This document shows positions 38,661-51,510 of a DNA stretch of 64,000 nt, piece by piece (within the stretch, counting starts at the first letter, position 1; every line of letters starts with the position of its first letter). A program made the position numbers and the translations under genes. The stretch spans positions 1 to 64,000 of the forward strand of contig JBFLGF010000086.1 of the NCBI GenBank assembly GCA_050230475.1, given 5' to 3'. This DNA is from Ancylonema sp. (taxonomy: Eukaryota). The notes under the pieces are model-generated. The model made no database searches. It had not been told where the DNA came from and saw only the letters and a program-made list of their open reading frames with translations.

Positions 38661-39827
38661 CAAGGTTGCACAACACGCACAATATGCACAACACGCAGTT
38701 ATCATATGCTAAATACGCGTATTGTGCTCCAAGAGTACCAATACGCTAAAATACGCTAAAAAATACACCAAATTTTGAACTTGTTTTTTTTTGTTATTCG
38801 GTATCATGTTGGAGGTACAAAGATTTTGACGGAGGCAAACAACTTTGCGAGTAAAACGTCGTTTGAAAACGAAATAATGAAAGTGAAATGTATTCGATAA
38901 TGCATCGCACGGAGAATATTATCTACAACTTCGTTAGTATACCTCATTCGACCGTTTCAGTTTAGGACGGGATTCTGACGGGAAGGATGGAACGTATTAC
39001 TCCATTTGCCAGGCCTTGCACGATCATCGGGGCCGTATTAAGTAGCACGGTTAGACTTCATCTGTGTCCAAGTCGTTTGCCTCACGGGTGTTGGGGTATT
39101 CGGGGATTCGGTATTGTGTCGAATCTCTTTGAGACTACTCAAGATGTATTTTCTCATATTGACAAGAGGGAATAATATTTTAAGAAGGGTAGTCTAAGCT
39201 AACGGTAGTCTAAGGTAGAAAGGCAGTCTAAGTTTATTTTTTAAGACTTGGTCGAGCGATAGGCTTTGAATTTGTAAAAAAAAACAAAAAACAAAAGCAA
39301 ATAATGGACTAGGATTCATGTAATTATTATTGTAAATTATTATTTTTCAAAATTTGAGTCTTGAGTTTGTTATTATTTTATCGCATTCCACTATTTTTAT
39401 ACCTCACTCAAGTAAAAACGGAAGCCACGATCGAGCCTTTATTTAAATTAGTTGTAAATGGAAATGGAGTAAAGATTGATGAAACTTGTGCAAATTTTAT
39501 CAAATGAAGAGAAGATGAGAAGAGTGAGTCTATCAACGAATGTCCCATTCTCGCACCATCAAAATGAATAGAACAATTGCACATTTAGTGGTAGAAGATG
39601 CGCTTGTCATGTATTTCATGGATAAATGCATCCGTTTGATGGCCGATTTGATTTAGGGTAGGCACCCGATGTTACCATTCCACTTCCGGATACGTGTGGG
39701 GTCTAAAACCGTGAAAAAAATACGTCGTATACGCGTATTTTCAAATTGCGGAAAATTTTCAATACGTGAAATACGTCGTATTGTGACCCCAGCGTATTGA
39801 TAGCGTATTGCGAATTGTGCAACCCTG
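38661..39827. mobile_element. hAT-like MITE with AATACG subterminal repeats
   Basis: TIRs CAAGGTTGCACAA / TTGTGCAACCCTG. AATACGC and GCGTATT repeats are oriented oppositely at the two ends. TSD not recognisable. Confidence 0.65.
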
Positions 39828-39903
39828 CGTGTACCGTCTTATATGGGCATGTATTCAACTAGTCTGATAGGTGCCGTACATGAAGTTTCACTAGATGCTT
39901 GTA

Positions 39904-40491
39904 CAGTGCTCCCTCCATAAAATTCTCGTTATATCGAGGTGTCGTTATACACTGTATAACGACATTTACTACTAGAATCTGAAATCTATGTCGTTGTATC
40001 GAGGGACTTTGAAAATGAAGCAAAGTAAATAAGCAAATGTGTTCATTATGTGTTTCCTAGAGTAAGTTACCTTGGCATGATTATTAAATTCAGCGATATA
40101 CGAGCTATACAAGTGCGTCATGATACCAATACATGCGGATGGACAAAATATACCACAAAATTTTACGAGGAGAGTTGGGGAGGTATTAAGGTTGTTACAA
40201 AGCAACACCGGACACGCACATTCTATTGGACCTTATAGAGTTCTATATACAATTTGAGGTGCTTTTCTAGAATTTTCTCGATTTCCATACATCGTTATCT
40301 ACGAGCAATAGCGTTATATGCACAGTATAACGACATTCAGTAACAAATTTCTGAAATAATTTGTCATTATATATAGTGTCGTTATGCTTATATCGAGGGC
40401 GATTTCATATTGATTTTAAAAAAGTTCCCAAAATCTGTCGTTATACCGAGGTTGTCGTTGTATCGAGGGTCGTTATATCGAGGGAGCACTG
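39904..40491. mobile_element. Tc1/mariner (pogo-like) MITE
   Basis: TA|CAGTGCTCCCTC ... GAGGGAGCACTG|TA, with CGTTATATCGAGG internal repeats. Confidence 0.85.
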
Positions 40492-40928
40492 TACATAAGC
40501 CTTTCGTATTGTATATATACATATATCAGTGGTTGTGCCAAGTAACGAACTACAAGGTAAATCAGCCATGTCAAATAAATTCGAAAAGCTAGGCGCCGCC
40601 CACACAAATCTTGGTTGGTTGATCTATCGATTTTTCTAGCCAGTTCCGTGAATATTTAAGCACGTTTTTTGCATGAACATTCCCGAGTGGATACACATGG
40701 TGTCACGTAAAAGCTCACAAAAATACGATGATCCAAATTCTTGTGAATATGGTACGCAAACAAGATGCGAGCCAAAAATATGTTAAAGGGCACATGATGA
40801 AACGCAACGACAACGACAATGTAGGGGACTGGTTTGGTTATGAAGTAGATATCGAAAATGGATATACCGATTCGCCCCTCAAGTATCCTAGTGCATAGGG
40901 TCCAATTTACGCCCAATACTGTTGAGGT

Positions 40929-41180
40929 TATAGTCGCGACCGGGACCGCCCGAGGATCTCCGGCTCGTCTGAGACGCGTCCGGGACCGGACGCGTCCCAG
41001 ACCCGGACGTCAGAGCCAAAATCTGATATCCACATCTTTGGAACCCCCAGATTTGTGTAACTCCAGGTTTTTTTTTTTTTTTTTTTTGCTTCTCAGTTGC
41101 GTCCCGGACCGTCCGGGGATCTCCGGACGCGTCCGGGGTCGGACTCGGTCCGGGATCCTCACGTCCGGGACGCACCTATG
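40929..41180. mobile_element. Small hAT-type MITE
   Basis: Perfect 8-bp TSD GTTGAGGT at 40921-40928 and 41181-41188. Imperfect TIRs TATAGTCGCGACCGGGAC / GTCCGGGACGCACCTATG. Confidence 0.8.
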
Positions 41181-42253
41181 GTTGAGGTTGACCGGGTGCA
41201 TCGTGTATTCTAGATGGAAAAAAATAGAGTGTCCAAACATCGATTTTTTTTATGGAAATGATGTTCTCGTAAGTAGTGTACGGAAGCAATCCCAAACTGT
41301 AATTGGAGTCCCAAAACCTTTACTCTTTACCAATCAAATATTTCATCCCGATTGACTCTCAATTTGGCCGTATCGCGCAATCTGACAACGGAAGCTTGCA
41401 GATCTGAAAGTACAATTTGACTTTTATCACAAAGTTGTTGCGCGGTGCTAACCGGCATAGTTAACTAAAGTTAGTCTATCGAAGATCACGACAGGCTGGC
41501 TTCTAGAACTTTCAAAACAATCACGACGCTACGATGAAAGCGGCGCGAGAATTAACTCTAATTCTACGGCTGGATTTAATCGCCGGGATTATCGACAAGT
41601 CAAAAGAGACTTTTGATTTTGAGTAGAGGTCTCTTCTTTGATGCATAACCGTGTTGTCAAGAGATGTTCAATTTGCAAGATCTCGACATTGGGATCGCGG
41701 ACCTTGAGAGACTTACTCTGAAAAAACAATGGTACACAACTTCCACACATGAGTGGAAACCTCTGCAATACTTCACAATCGCTCATCTTCTTCGCTCATC
41801 TTCTTGAGCTTATGGACAAAGTATTATGCCGTCGATACTCCCCTTTTCGGAGCGGCATAGAAAAGTCGATAGTGCAACATCGTCCCGGAGATAAAATCCC
41901 CAAAGCAAGGACGAGATACGCAATTTTCACGTCAAATCTAACTCCGGATAGATATTTGTTTACCTTATGTCGCACCTTCGAGCCAACTAGTAACATGATG
42001 CAAACAAATCGGGACATGCGAATTATCTTCGTTAAGGTGACATGTTGTATCACTCAATCAAAGCTTGTATAGCAACACGCCGATAACTTCTGAATCGGAA
42101 AATGCAACCGGCTTTAAGAAACTTGGTGCTAGTTGGAGACATGCACATATGTTCAACCCGAAAAAATACATTCACGAACTCGATGACATCCGTCACATCT
42201 ACCCCCTTAATACTTGCGCTTCAAATTCGCCCGTGATCTCGATTATTGCCTGC

Positions 42254-44925
42254 CTAAGGCGGAGACCACGCTCCCGAAAGAAATCGATCTCGGAATTCGG
42301 TATTTTTTGCAACAACGTAATATACTGCCATCCCCAGGCATGCCCGAATTCGAGTCAGATAATATCGTGAACAGAGAGTGGAGGTGGTGAACAGGCAAAA
42401 AAAATAAAAATCTGAGCAGGTTCCTGATGGCGAAACCCCTTTCTGCTGCTGCGTTGAGTTGCTTACCAGGCACTCCAAGCAGGACATGGCCTGGCTGGGA
42501 AACGACCTCCCCCAGCGTCGCCCCTAGCTTCACTTTTTTCCACCTCCTTGCTGTAACCCCATTTTCCCCCACCGAACCACGAATCACGTCGCAACATTTC
42601 ACAGACCAGCGCTATGCAGCGCTAAGAAACCGCAAAGAAATAAGAAACCACACAAAGTAAGAAAACGAAAAAAGAAAAGAAAAAAACAAACTCACCACTC
42701 CAGTCCTTTGGCGGCATGTCCTCTTCCTCTGCGCCATCCAGGCCTCTCAGGAGTTCTTCCACTAATTGATCCCTCGACAGCGCTCCAGTTGCATGGGTCT
42801 GTATCCAAGCCCAACCGCAATATGCCCCCAACATTTAGCCTCACTTTGTTTGCTGGTTCCCCATGCCCTTTACCATGGCATATACAGAGAAGGCAATCAT
42901 TACTTCACCTGGTAGTAAAGCTCTACTGCCTCTCGTGTGTAGACCCCCTTCTCATCCCAATCCAGGGGAGCGGCCCCATCCCCAAACATTTGCACCCTGG
43001 AGCAGTCAAGGATCGACACAGGCAAAAAACAACAGCGCCACATCTACACAGAAATCGGTCCCAGCCGACGCCACAAGGCGAGGAGGGGGCAATGAGGCGC
43101 AAGGAATAAAAGCCGCTGACTTTGGAAAGGGTGAAAGGATATTTGGTCGAGGTGCTCTTCAAAACGATCCGTCTCACAAAAGTCTTCAATGATGTCCACC
43201 GCCATGGCTTCCGGATAGATGATGAGACACGGCCAGTGCAGCACTCCCTCGCTGTCCAGCTGCGCCTTCCTGCCACCTATGTGCGTTCTGTACTCGGCCG
43301 TTCCAACTGCCACATGGCGTGCTGCCAGGGCATCAGCGATGGCCTGAGAATTGTCATTAAGCAGGGGGGGGAAAGAATTCAATAAAAAACCGATTTCAAA
43401 ACCTCTTCTGGACAAAAACTCCTTCCCCTCCCACCTCATACCTCGACACCCGCCTTCCTATCTTTTGCTTGCTTCAACTGAGCCTGTTTCTCATCCACTT
43501 TCTTCCGTGCCTTGTCCGCTATTTGCTGCAGCTCTTTGTTATCACGGTCGTATTCTAGTCCCCCACTGCAATACCCGAGCGCCCCCTCATAGTTTCCAAG
43601 GGCGGCGGCCGCTTTGGCAGCCCGAAAGTGAGCCTGCATCCCAACAACCGCCGTCAGATTACCCCCTTCCATACTGCTACACTCATTGCTCCCCGAAATG
43701 AATTTTCTTTGTATGTTTACGGTGCACATGCAGGGGGGGGCAGTGCATTCAAGGTAGGAACTCACGAATGCTTGACCTCACTTTGACATTTTGTGGATAG
43801 AGGTGGATTGCTCGCTCGCAATCCTTGATGGCTCTGCCCCAGTTGTTGAGAAGGAGGCTGACGTGAGCACGGTTGCTGTGGTAGATGGAGTTGTTGGTGG
43901 AATTGGATCCCTTCAGAGCGATGGCTTGACTGTAGTACTTGAACGCCTCCAGATATAGCTTCTTACCCTTCTTTAGGGCCAAATTGCCTTGTTCCTGCAA
44001 AAAATGAACCACATAGCTGAACCATGTTGCCCACAATTCAAAATCGTTTCTTTTCCTCTTCTTGTATTTAACAATTGCCACCAGTTTGCTCTGCTCACAC
44101 GTTGCATTCTAAAAGCTTCACCGCCGCCGTTGTTACAAACCCGTCATGATTTCACGTCAAGATTTGAAGGTGGCTGACTTCGACTCCGTCAACCGCAAGA
44201 TCAGAACCCTCATTTACCGTAGCACATACTGAACCCTCCTGCTAATTTAGGTCACGGGATGGATGATGATCGGAATGCTGAGTACTTTAAGCGGATCCGA
44301 GGTGAATTATGCAAACTCCGGCTTAAAGCCGAGATGCCAATCCTGATCCTATAATGCATTCACAATTTCTTAGGTTCGAGAGGTTAATGAGGTATTCAGA
44401 GGTTGGACTCAAGGCAGCCACGCCACGACCTCTGATATCAAAGCACCATTCTTGCCGAGTCTTGATGATATCGAGATACAGAGGCGGAAATCACACGATG
44501 TTGACCACATGTTCCACAACAACGTGGTGACAGTATGTGGACCTGCACCAAGGCCTGGTCACCCACCACCTCCTGCCTGGATATTGAATGCAAAATTTTG
44601 GACATTCTGAGGTGCCTGGGAGTGAAAGATTGAAAGCAACCCCTAGAGAACTGGCGAGCGAGATTGTAAAAAACTCAGCGTCGAATCCTGGGCTACTGGA
44701 TCCGTTCAAGGCAAGTCCGATTGAGGCCATAAAAGTGCAGTCGTTCAGGCTCACCTTCAGGATTTCTGCCGTTTCCTCTGGTGTTTCTTCCATAAGGGCT
44801 TTCATTGCTGCCAAATCGATAGTGCTTTCATCTGCATCGAGACCCTCTTGGACGACACTTTCATCTAGGACAAGGGCGCTGGAACCTGCTGGCGCGACAA
44901 ACGGAGTACCACCATCCTCGGCCAT
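42254..44925 (-). CDS. TTC4: TPR co-chaperone of the TTC4/CNS1 family, 8 exons, one U12-type intron
   Basis: ATG at 44925. AEILK/EQGNLALKKGKKLY...YHSNRAHVSLLLNNWGRAIKDC...PQNVK/AHFRAAKA TPRs, then LHWPCLIIYPEAMAVDIIEDFCETDRFEEHLDQ/MFGDGAAPLDWDEKGVYTREAVELYYQ and VP/VYYVVAKNTEFRDRFLSGAWSPP*. Confidence 0.92.
42990..43142 (-). other. U12-type (minor spliceosome) intron with AT-AA ends
   Basis: 5' splice site ATATCCTTT at 43142. Branch site TCCTTGAC at 43012-43005. In-frame joining needs a 3' end of ...GTGCAA at 42990. Confidence 0.85.
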
Positions 44926-45152
44926 TTGTGACCAGAAACTGGCGACCTCAGTGAAATGCTGAATGTACTGTCTTAAAAGCCGACTAGAAGTTTGTCGATT
45001 TCGAAGGTCAGCTAGATGGTGAGGAGCGCCACCTGTCGGCACCAATTGCCGAAAGGAAGCCGACAGAGAAAGATTTCGGCGACGCGGTAGTCATCACTCT
45101 GAGGAGACGTCAGTCTCACGTCCAGGTACCAGAGCAAGCAGCGGAAGCCATA

Positions 45153-45281
45153 CAGTAAACCTGTCTGAATAAATACTGTCTAAAAGAATAACCTTTCTAA
45201 AGAATTATAAAAATCCGGTCCCAAAACCGGATTTGGAAGGAACCGTCTCTGTCTAAATGAATAACCTGTCTAAAGGAATAT
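45153..45281. mobile_element. Left end of a pogo-like MITE (interrupted)
   Basis: TA|CAGTAAACCTGTCT with ATAACCTGTCTAAA and CCGGTCCC repeats resembling the element at 28314-28878. No right TIR found. Confidence 0.55.
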
Positions 45282-45303
45282 TACCGTACCGGCCAGATTT
45301 ATA

Positions 45304-46568
45304 CCGTAGCGGCCAGAGATAATGCGCCAGCAAATCCGAAAAATAATTATTAGAAGTACGCTCCAAACAGTTGCGCCAGCCAAATTTTAATTAATTAGTA
45401 CACGCCAGAAGTGTGCACCAGGTAAAATTTAAATCATAAAAATGATCCAGATCCAGGGGTTTTCCTCTTTATTTAATATGATCCAGATTTACTTGCGCCA
45501 CCCAGTAAGAGGCAGGAGGAAGCCCTCAATCCGCGGGTTTTGGGCTCCTCGAACCCAGCGATCTCCAAAAATGGGCCCAAAGACCGCTTTTCGTACACGA
45601 GCCCGGGGTTGCGCAGCTTAGAGCCCATGGCGTGGAGCAAACCCTGATTACAAGCACCTCTCGCCATAGCGGTTATTGAAATTATGTTATCGATGTGGAC
45701 TTTAAATTCCCGCTATTTTATTTTGGTGCGCCAAAGTTTTGTCAATTTGAATTATTTATTTGCGCCAAAACGTTGATCCAGCGTGGTCAAACTAATTAAA
45801 TTAGAAACAAGCTGGCGAAACTCATTCTCGCTTGTTGCTTGTAATTCTCGATCCGCCTCCATAATGCCGCTATAATGCGAAACACTGTCACTTGGGCCCT
45901 CGGCCTCTCCCGATTCTACGTACGAAAAATCGAAATAACGGGGTAAGCTCTTCCTAAACACATCGCGACCTCCCCCATCGGGTCGCGGTGACACGATTTA
46001 TCAGCATCAAGTGTATTGTTCACCAATTCTTCTAAAATTTGGACAGGTCGATAGCTGAAGTAATTCTCTACCTTCTCAAATAAAAAACCAGAGACATTGA
46101 TCTACGAATTCGGCATTTATGACTGCTCGCGCATTTTCGGGGTCAGTTGCGTATATCCGACGCTGTGAATTGAATTGTTCTTTATTATTTTAGATGCTGG
46201 ATGTTTCTGAGAGATAATTTTGAGAGAAATATTATGCGCTTTTCCGCTGTCGAAATGAAGAAAATTTGATTGAGATCGTATAGATCGTAGGCGGCAGTGA
46301 AGGAACGTTGGCAGAGGGAGGGAGCAGGAGAGGGGGGGGTACGTAGAAGCGGGAGAGGCCGCGGGCCCAAGTGACATTGTTTCGCTTTATAGCGGCATTA
46401 TGGAGGCGGATCGAGAATTACAAGCAACAAGCGAGAATGAGTTTCGCCAGCTTGTTTCTAACAAAAAGCGAGCTTGTTTCTAACTGTACCCATATAGTAT
46501 GCGCCAAAAACGTGTGCGCTAGGCAATGTGCTAATTATTTTTTGGCGCATTATCTCTGGCCGCTACGG
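45304..46568. mobile_element. TA-flanked MITE Y1, containing a fold-back insert at 45801-46486
   Basis: TIRs CCGTAGCGGCCAGAGATAATGCGCC / GGCGCATTATCTCTGGCCGCTACGG with TA TSD. Homologous in inverted orientation to Y2. The internal insert has ~120-bp inverted arms (45801-45923 / 46338-46461). Confidence 0.85.
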
Positions 46569-46953
46569 TACCCTGAGAATTTCAAAAATAATTAATTAAA
46601 TAACCCCTACACCTTTAACCCCTACCCCCATACGGTATGGGGGTAGGGGTAATTGGTATGGGCCATACCAATTAATAAACGTCCCCTACCCCATCCCCTA
46701 CCCCTAAAATTGTAATTAATTATGGTCCCCTACCCCACTTAACACCCACCCGTCAGATATGGTCGTTAGAGAACATTTGACAAATTACCGGTACGGAAAA
46801 TCGGGGGCCCAATTAGCTTGCCGTTCAAAACTCGAACCCCAATGGCCGGATGGAAAATAACGTTAAGGGCATAGATGGGTCAGCACCGATTTGCGCAAGC
46901 GTGCGCGAGCGCACGAATGCGGCACGCGTGCCGCTACGGGACAATTTCTGTAA

Positions 46954-47651
46954 GGGCTTAGCTAGGGCAAACGTCCGAGAAGTCTGGGGCAACGTCCCAT
47001 TTTCACGGTTCCTCGTGTTCGATCGAAAGTATTGACGATGACCGTAGATACGGCTCGAATTGAACTCGAGTTTCCTGAGCCGTCGGTCTAAATTTGTCGT
47101 ATTGGCCGGAATCTCGCCCAAATTTTGACGTCCCGTCTAGGCAACGTGGACGACGCAGACACCAGTACCAGGTGTTTAAAATCCCGGTCCACGACCTGTA
47201 GATCGAGGTAGCTCGTCCGCGTGGTGAGCGGAAGGTTACGATCGACGACATGCGGTCCACGTAGGGAAATAACCCAGATGTCGGTGTAGCCCAGATATCC
47301 GGCGGGAGTTATACGGTGGCTAGTTTCCCTGCCCCGCTGAATCGATGGCATGACCCTGCTGGTCGTAACCTTTCAATAACCACGCGGACGAGCTACCGCG
47401 ATCTACAGGTCGTGGACCGGGATTTTAAACACCTTGGTACTAGTGTCTGCGACGACCACGTTGCCCAGACGGGACATCAAAATTTGGGCGAGATTCCGGC
47501 CAATACGACAAATTTAGACCGACGGTTCAGGGAACTCGAGTTCAATTCGAGCCGTATCTACGGTCATCGTCAATACTTTCGATCGAACACGAGGACTCGC
47601 TGAAAATGGGACGTTGCCCTAGACTCCTCGGACGTTGCCCTAGCTAAGCCC
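46954..47651. mobile_element. Fold-back element with ~290-bp inverted arms and 31-bp flanking direct repeats
   Basis: Arms 46954-47241 and 47363-47651 are near-identical reverse complements. Direct repeats at 46923-46953 and 47652-47682. Confidence 0.85.
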
Positions 47652-47976
47652 CACGCGTGCCGCACCGGGACAATTTCTGTAATCGACTGAAATTTGACGA
47701 AGTAGTGAGTACTGACCATTTTGCACTGTAAGTAGTTCGATATAACGTCTGAGGCCCTAAATTGAATACTGCCACGTTGTAACCGGTTCATCAAACACAT
47801 TTCATGAATTTGGAAACATCCCGGCACCCCTGGGGTGTAGGAAGTACCCCCCCCCCCCCCGGGTAATAGGATCAGCACCGTGCGCGAGATTTGCGCACGC
47901 GTGCGGCACGCGTTCGCGAGCGCACGCGTGCGAAACACGTGCGGGACGCTCACTTCAAAGACCCATTTATGGTTAA

Positions 47977-48415
47977 GGGTGTTCCTTAGTGTTCCTGAGC
48001 TCGGCTCTTGAGCTCAATTACGCCCTGGATAACCGCGGGTAGAGTTCGTTAGCAAATTCCTCCTGAGCTCGCGGCGGCCGGCGAAGTTATCGTTTTAGCT
48101 TAGTGTTCCTGAACTTTTGCCATGTCAACATGGTTGCCTTTAACCCCGTTCAAGTGAAAATCGATGACTGGCGTATCGGAAAATTGGCTTCGCGAGTGGC
48201 GGGTTCGAACCCAAGACCACGTCAGCACTCCCGAGCTCGACGCTCGAGCTCAGGGGCGGAAATGATTTCTGAACTCGAACGAGCTCAGAAATCATTTCCG
48301 CCGACACCAAGCTACAACGTCTGTGCTCGGTTTTCCCAAGTTTTTCGGCGCTAGGCACATGGCGCACGGCACAATTGAGCTCATGAGCGAGCTCAAACAC
48401 ACTAAGTAACGGCAT
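47977..48415. repeat. Inverted-repeat element remnant
   Basis: CTTAGTGTTCCTGAGCTCGGCTCTTGAGCTCAATT pairs with AATTGAGCTCATGAGCGAGCTCAAACACACTAAG. Internal hairpin GGCGGAAATGATTTCTGA...TCAGAAATCATTTCCGCC. Ends approximate. Confidence 0.55.
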
Positions 48416-48733
48416 AATTAGGGGCCTCCACTGCACGTGATACTGTACGGGTACCAAATTCCCGCTCGGAATCATGTACGACGTCCTCACAGACCCGTGC
48501 ACTTACCTAAAATAAATACAGAAATCGGACGACACATAGGGGGGGGACAGTCTACTGGAGGGACTGTGTCTGTCGGATCCGGTCAATTTTGTAGAAGTGA
48601 AAGATTTTGTAGCGAATCTCACGGATATTCCGACAACCCGTGGAAATCCTGATTTTTCGTACTAGAAAGATAACCCCTACCCTGAGCCCGGGTAATAACT
48701 ATTTAACCCCTACTTGGCCATTTTTGGCAATTA

Positions 48734-49280
48734 CCGTACCAGCCAGAGATAACGCGCCAAAAAACAATTACCATTTTGCCTGGCGCACACGTTTTTGGCG
48801 CGTACTAAATTAATTGTTTTGACCACGCTGGCGCACCCTTTTGGCGCGAATAAATAATTAAAATCGACGAAAATTTGGCGCAACAATATAATTTAGCGAA
48901 TATTCTGATCTCCCATCGAGAATCAAATTTCAATAATTTATATGTCGTTTATATGTCGAGAGGTGCTTGAGCTCCACGCCCCCGGATTTTGAGCTGCGGA
49001 ACCCCGGGCTCGTGTACGGAAAGCGGTCTTTGGCCCAGTTTCGCTGCGATCGAGGAGGGTTGAAAGCTCCCGCATGTCCCTATTGGATTGGATCATATAA
49101 ATTAATAAGGGAAACACCTGGCGCAGTTTTTTTTTGGATCATTTTTATAAATTCAAATTTTCCTGGCGCACACTCTTGGCGCGTAATAATTAATTCAAAT
49201 TCGTCTGGCGCAACTGTTTGAAGCCTACTATTAATAATTAATTTTCCGATTTGCTGGCGCATTATCTCTGGCTGGTACGG
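48734..49280. mobile_element. TA-flanked MITE Y2
   Basis: TIRs CCGTACCAGCCAGAGATAACGCGCC / GGCGCATTATCTCTGGCTGGTACGG with TA TSD. Same family as Y1. Confidence 0.85.
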
Positions 49281-50725
49281 TAATATAAGGGCTTTGCTAT
49301 ACACAAGCACCTGAATTGCTATGCACAAGCGGCGCATATAGTTTTCTCTTGTCGCCACAAATATTCGAATTCGCCGCTGTACCGCATCATCCCGTTCGTC
49401 ATTTTCAACAGTCAACAATTCGCTCGATCGTGAACGGCGAACAGAGTTGTCTGACGGGCCGTCAGACAAGAGAAACGGGCTGTCAGTTGGCTGACAGACC
49501 GAGGGTAGCGACTGGCTCAGCGTTCAATCGTTTTGGCCATGCCGAACAGCACCGAGTGACTACCTGCCGCATCACGCCGCCATGAGACATTGATCGTGGT
49601 GCAGGGATTCCCCCTCTCTCTATTTCTAGGTACTGGTATGATGCTCGCGCTACAGATTTCTGATTGTATTGTACCTGCTGCTGAAATTCATTGCGTCCTC
49701 TCCGCCCTATCTTCCTTTCTCCGATAGTCTTGTGGTTGCATGAGGTGCAGAATATCTGTTGTCCACTCACTGTAGTCGTTGTATGTCCACTCGTGCGTCG
49801 CATCGCGTCGCATGTGACTTGCTCCCTCGTGTCCACGCGCATGAAATCTAGTAAACCTGCGAACTGACAGTAAACCTGCGGAGTGACTCGACGTTTGGTG
49901 GGCATACCTACCATTCAATGGCGTCTGGGAATCCGGCGTCACAGACTCCAGGCAATGGTGCTGATGCAAATGTGGAGAAAGTGGTGAGGCAGCTCGTCTT
50001 ACTCTTTAATTTAGTACCCAATTGGTGGTGCATGTGCTGGCAACATTTTATTGATGCCATTAAGTATGATTAATGTTTCCACGCTCGATGTTTTTTTTAA
50101 CTACGCACAACTTTATTATCTAAAACTTTTTATTCGTACAACTAACAAACGGATGTAAACATATGTATGCAGACATTTCAACTTACATGTATACACCCAC
50201 ATACATATATACATACATAAGTATGTGCACACATGCATTTATAAATACGGGCACACGTATGCATATATACACATTTATACATACATGTATACAGTCATAG
50301 ATAAAATGGTGTGGTGAAAATGATGCGTTGCTTTTGGGCTGGGTACTTTTGGTTGCCGGGTCACTACTGCCTAATATGTATTCATGTGGGTCATTATTTT
50401 GGTCACGCGTTAATAAAGCTTGTATGGGTAAAGTTGGTGGGTCACCCCGAACAGTTTTTGTTTTTAGTCATTATGTATGGCGAGTACGGTACATATTCAT
50501 AAATATGTATGCACTCATTCCTTCTTACAGTTACACATATACATACGGAAATACAGGAGGTTATATACACATATATAACCTACTTTCACACACCCGTATG
50601 AATAAGGATGAGGAAAATACTAGGAGAATTGGAAAGGCTAGGGTATATATGTAATAAAGAAGAGGAATGATATATATGTCCATACTAAACTCCGTCCACT
50701 AATACCAAATTTTTAACCCCTTCAG

Positions 50726-51510
50726 GTCCTAGACAAACCACCCCCTGAGAATGTAGTGTTTTCATCCCGGGTCGAACTCCTTGATTACTTGCAAACGCAC
50801 GCTATGAGTCAAGGCTACGCTATCACCACATACTACTCAAATTAGAAAAAAGTCGCGTACCGTTGTGCCCGAGGGGGGATCAAACGCACGCACAAGGCCA
50901 AAATCAGGGATGTGAACTTACAACGTGAAAAACCTTCCTGTCGAAGTGACTGCAAGTTCTTAGTCCACGGATACAAAAGAAAACAAGGTTGGGTGCCGAA
51001 AGTAATATGGCGGAGCACAATCATGAAGCCTCTACAGAGGCCGCCTTGGCCCATCCAATAGCTCGTCGACTTAAACCTGAGGCCGTGGGGCGCGTTTTGG
51101 ACTTGCTAAAAACCAATGCCGCTCCAAGGTTTGTTGCCTCCGTCATGCGATCGGAGAACGGGGTGACTCTACCCAAAGACATCAGCAACATCAAGGAGAT
51201 CCAGAGGAAGAAGAATCTTGGGGGGAAGACTCCCATTCAGGCTATCCACGAGTATTTGCAGAATAGCGACAAATGGACTCTCAAGTAGGACACAGACGAC
51301 GATGGGTGCCTCACGAGATTGTTTTTTGTGTACACCGACGCTCAAGCTCTCACCATGTAGTACCGTTATGTGTTTGTGATGGATTGTACGTACACAACCA
51401 ACCAGTAAGCATACTCTTTCACAAAAACCATTTTCTGTAGTGTATAGTTTTGCTAATTTTTACATCCTACTTTGGGGTTTCAGGCACGACCTTCTTCTCT
51501 TCAACATTGT
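50726..51510 (+). pseudogene. MULE/FAR1-type transposase remnant
   Basis: FSSRVELLDYLQTHAMSQGYAI...YRCARGG...SCRSDCKF...EHNH (FAR1/WRKY-GCM1-like), then KDISNIK...GKTPIQAI...LTRLFF...VFVMDCTYTTN (first catalytic Asp region). TAG stops and a frameshift; truncated. Confidence 0.85.

Noticed and set aside
48190..48250. B-box-like GGGTTCGAACCC (tRNA or SINE)
   Set aside because: No cloverleaf or clear A box; it lies inside an inverted-repeat element.
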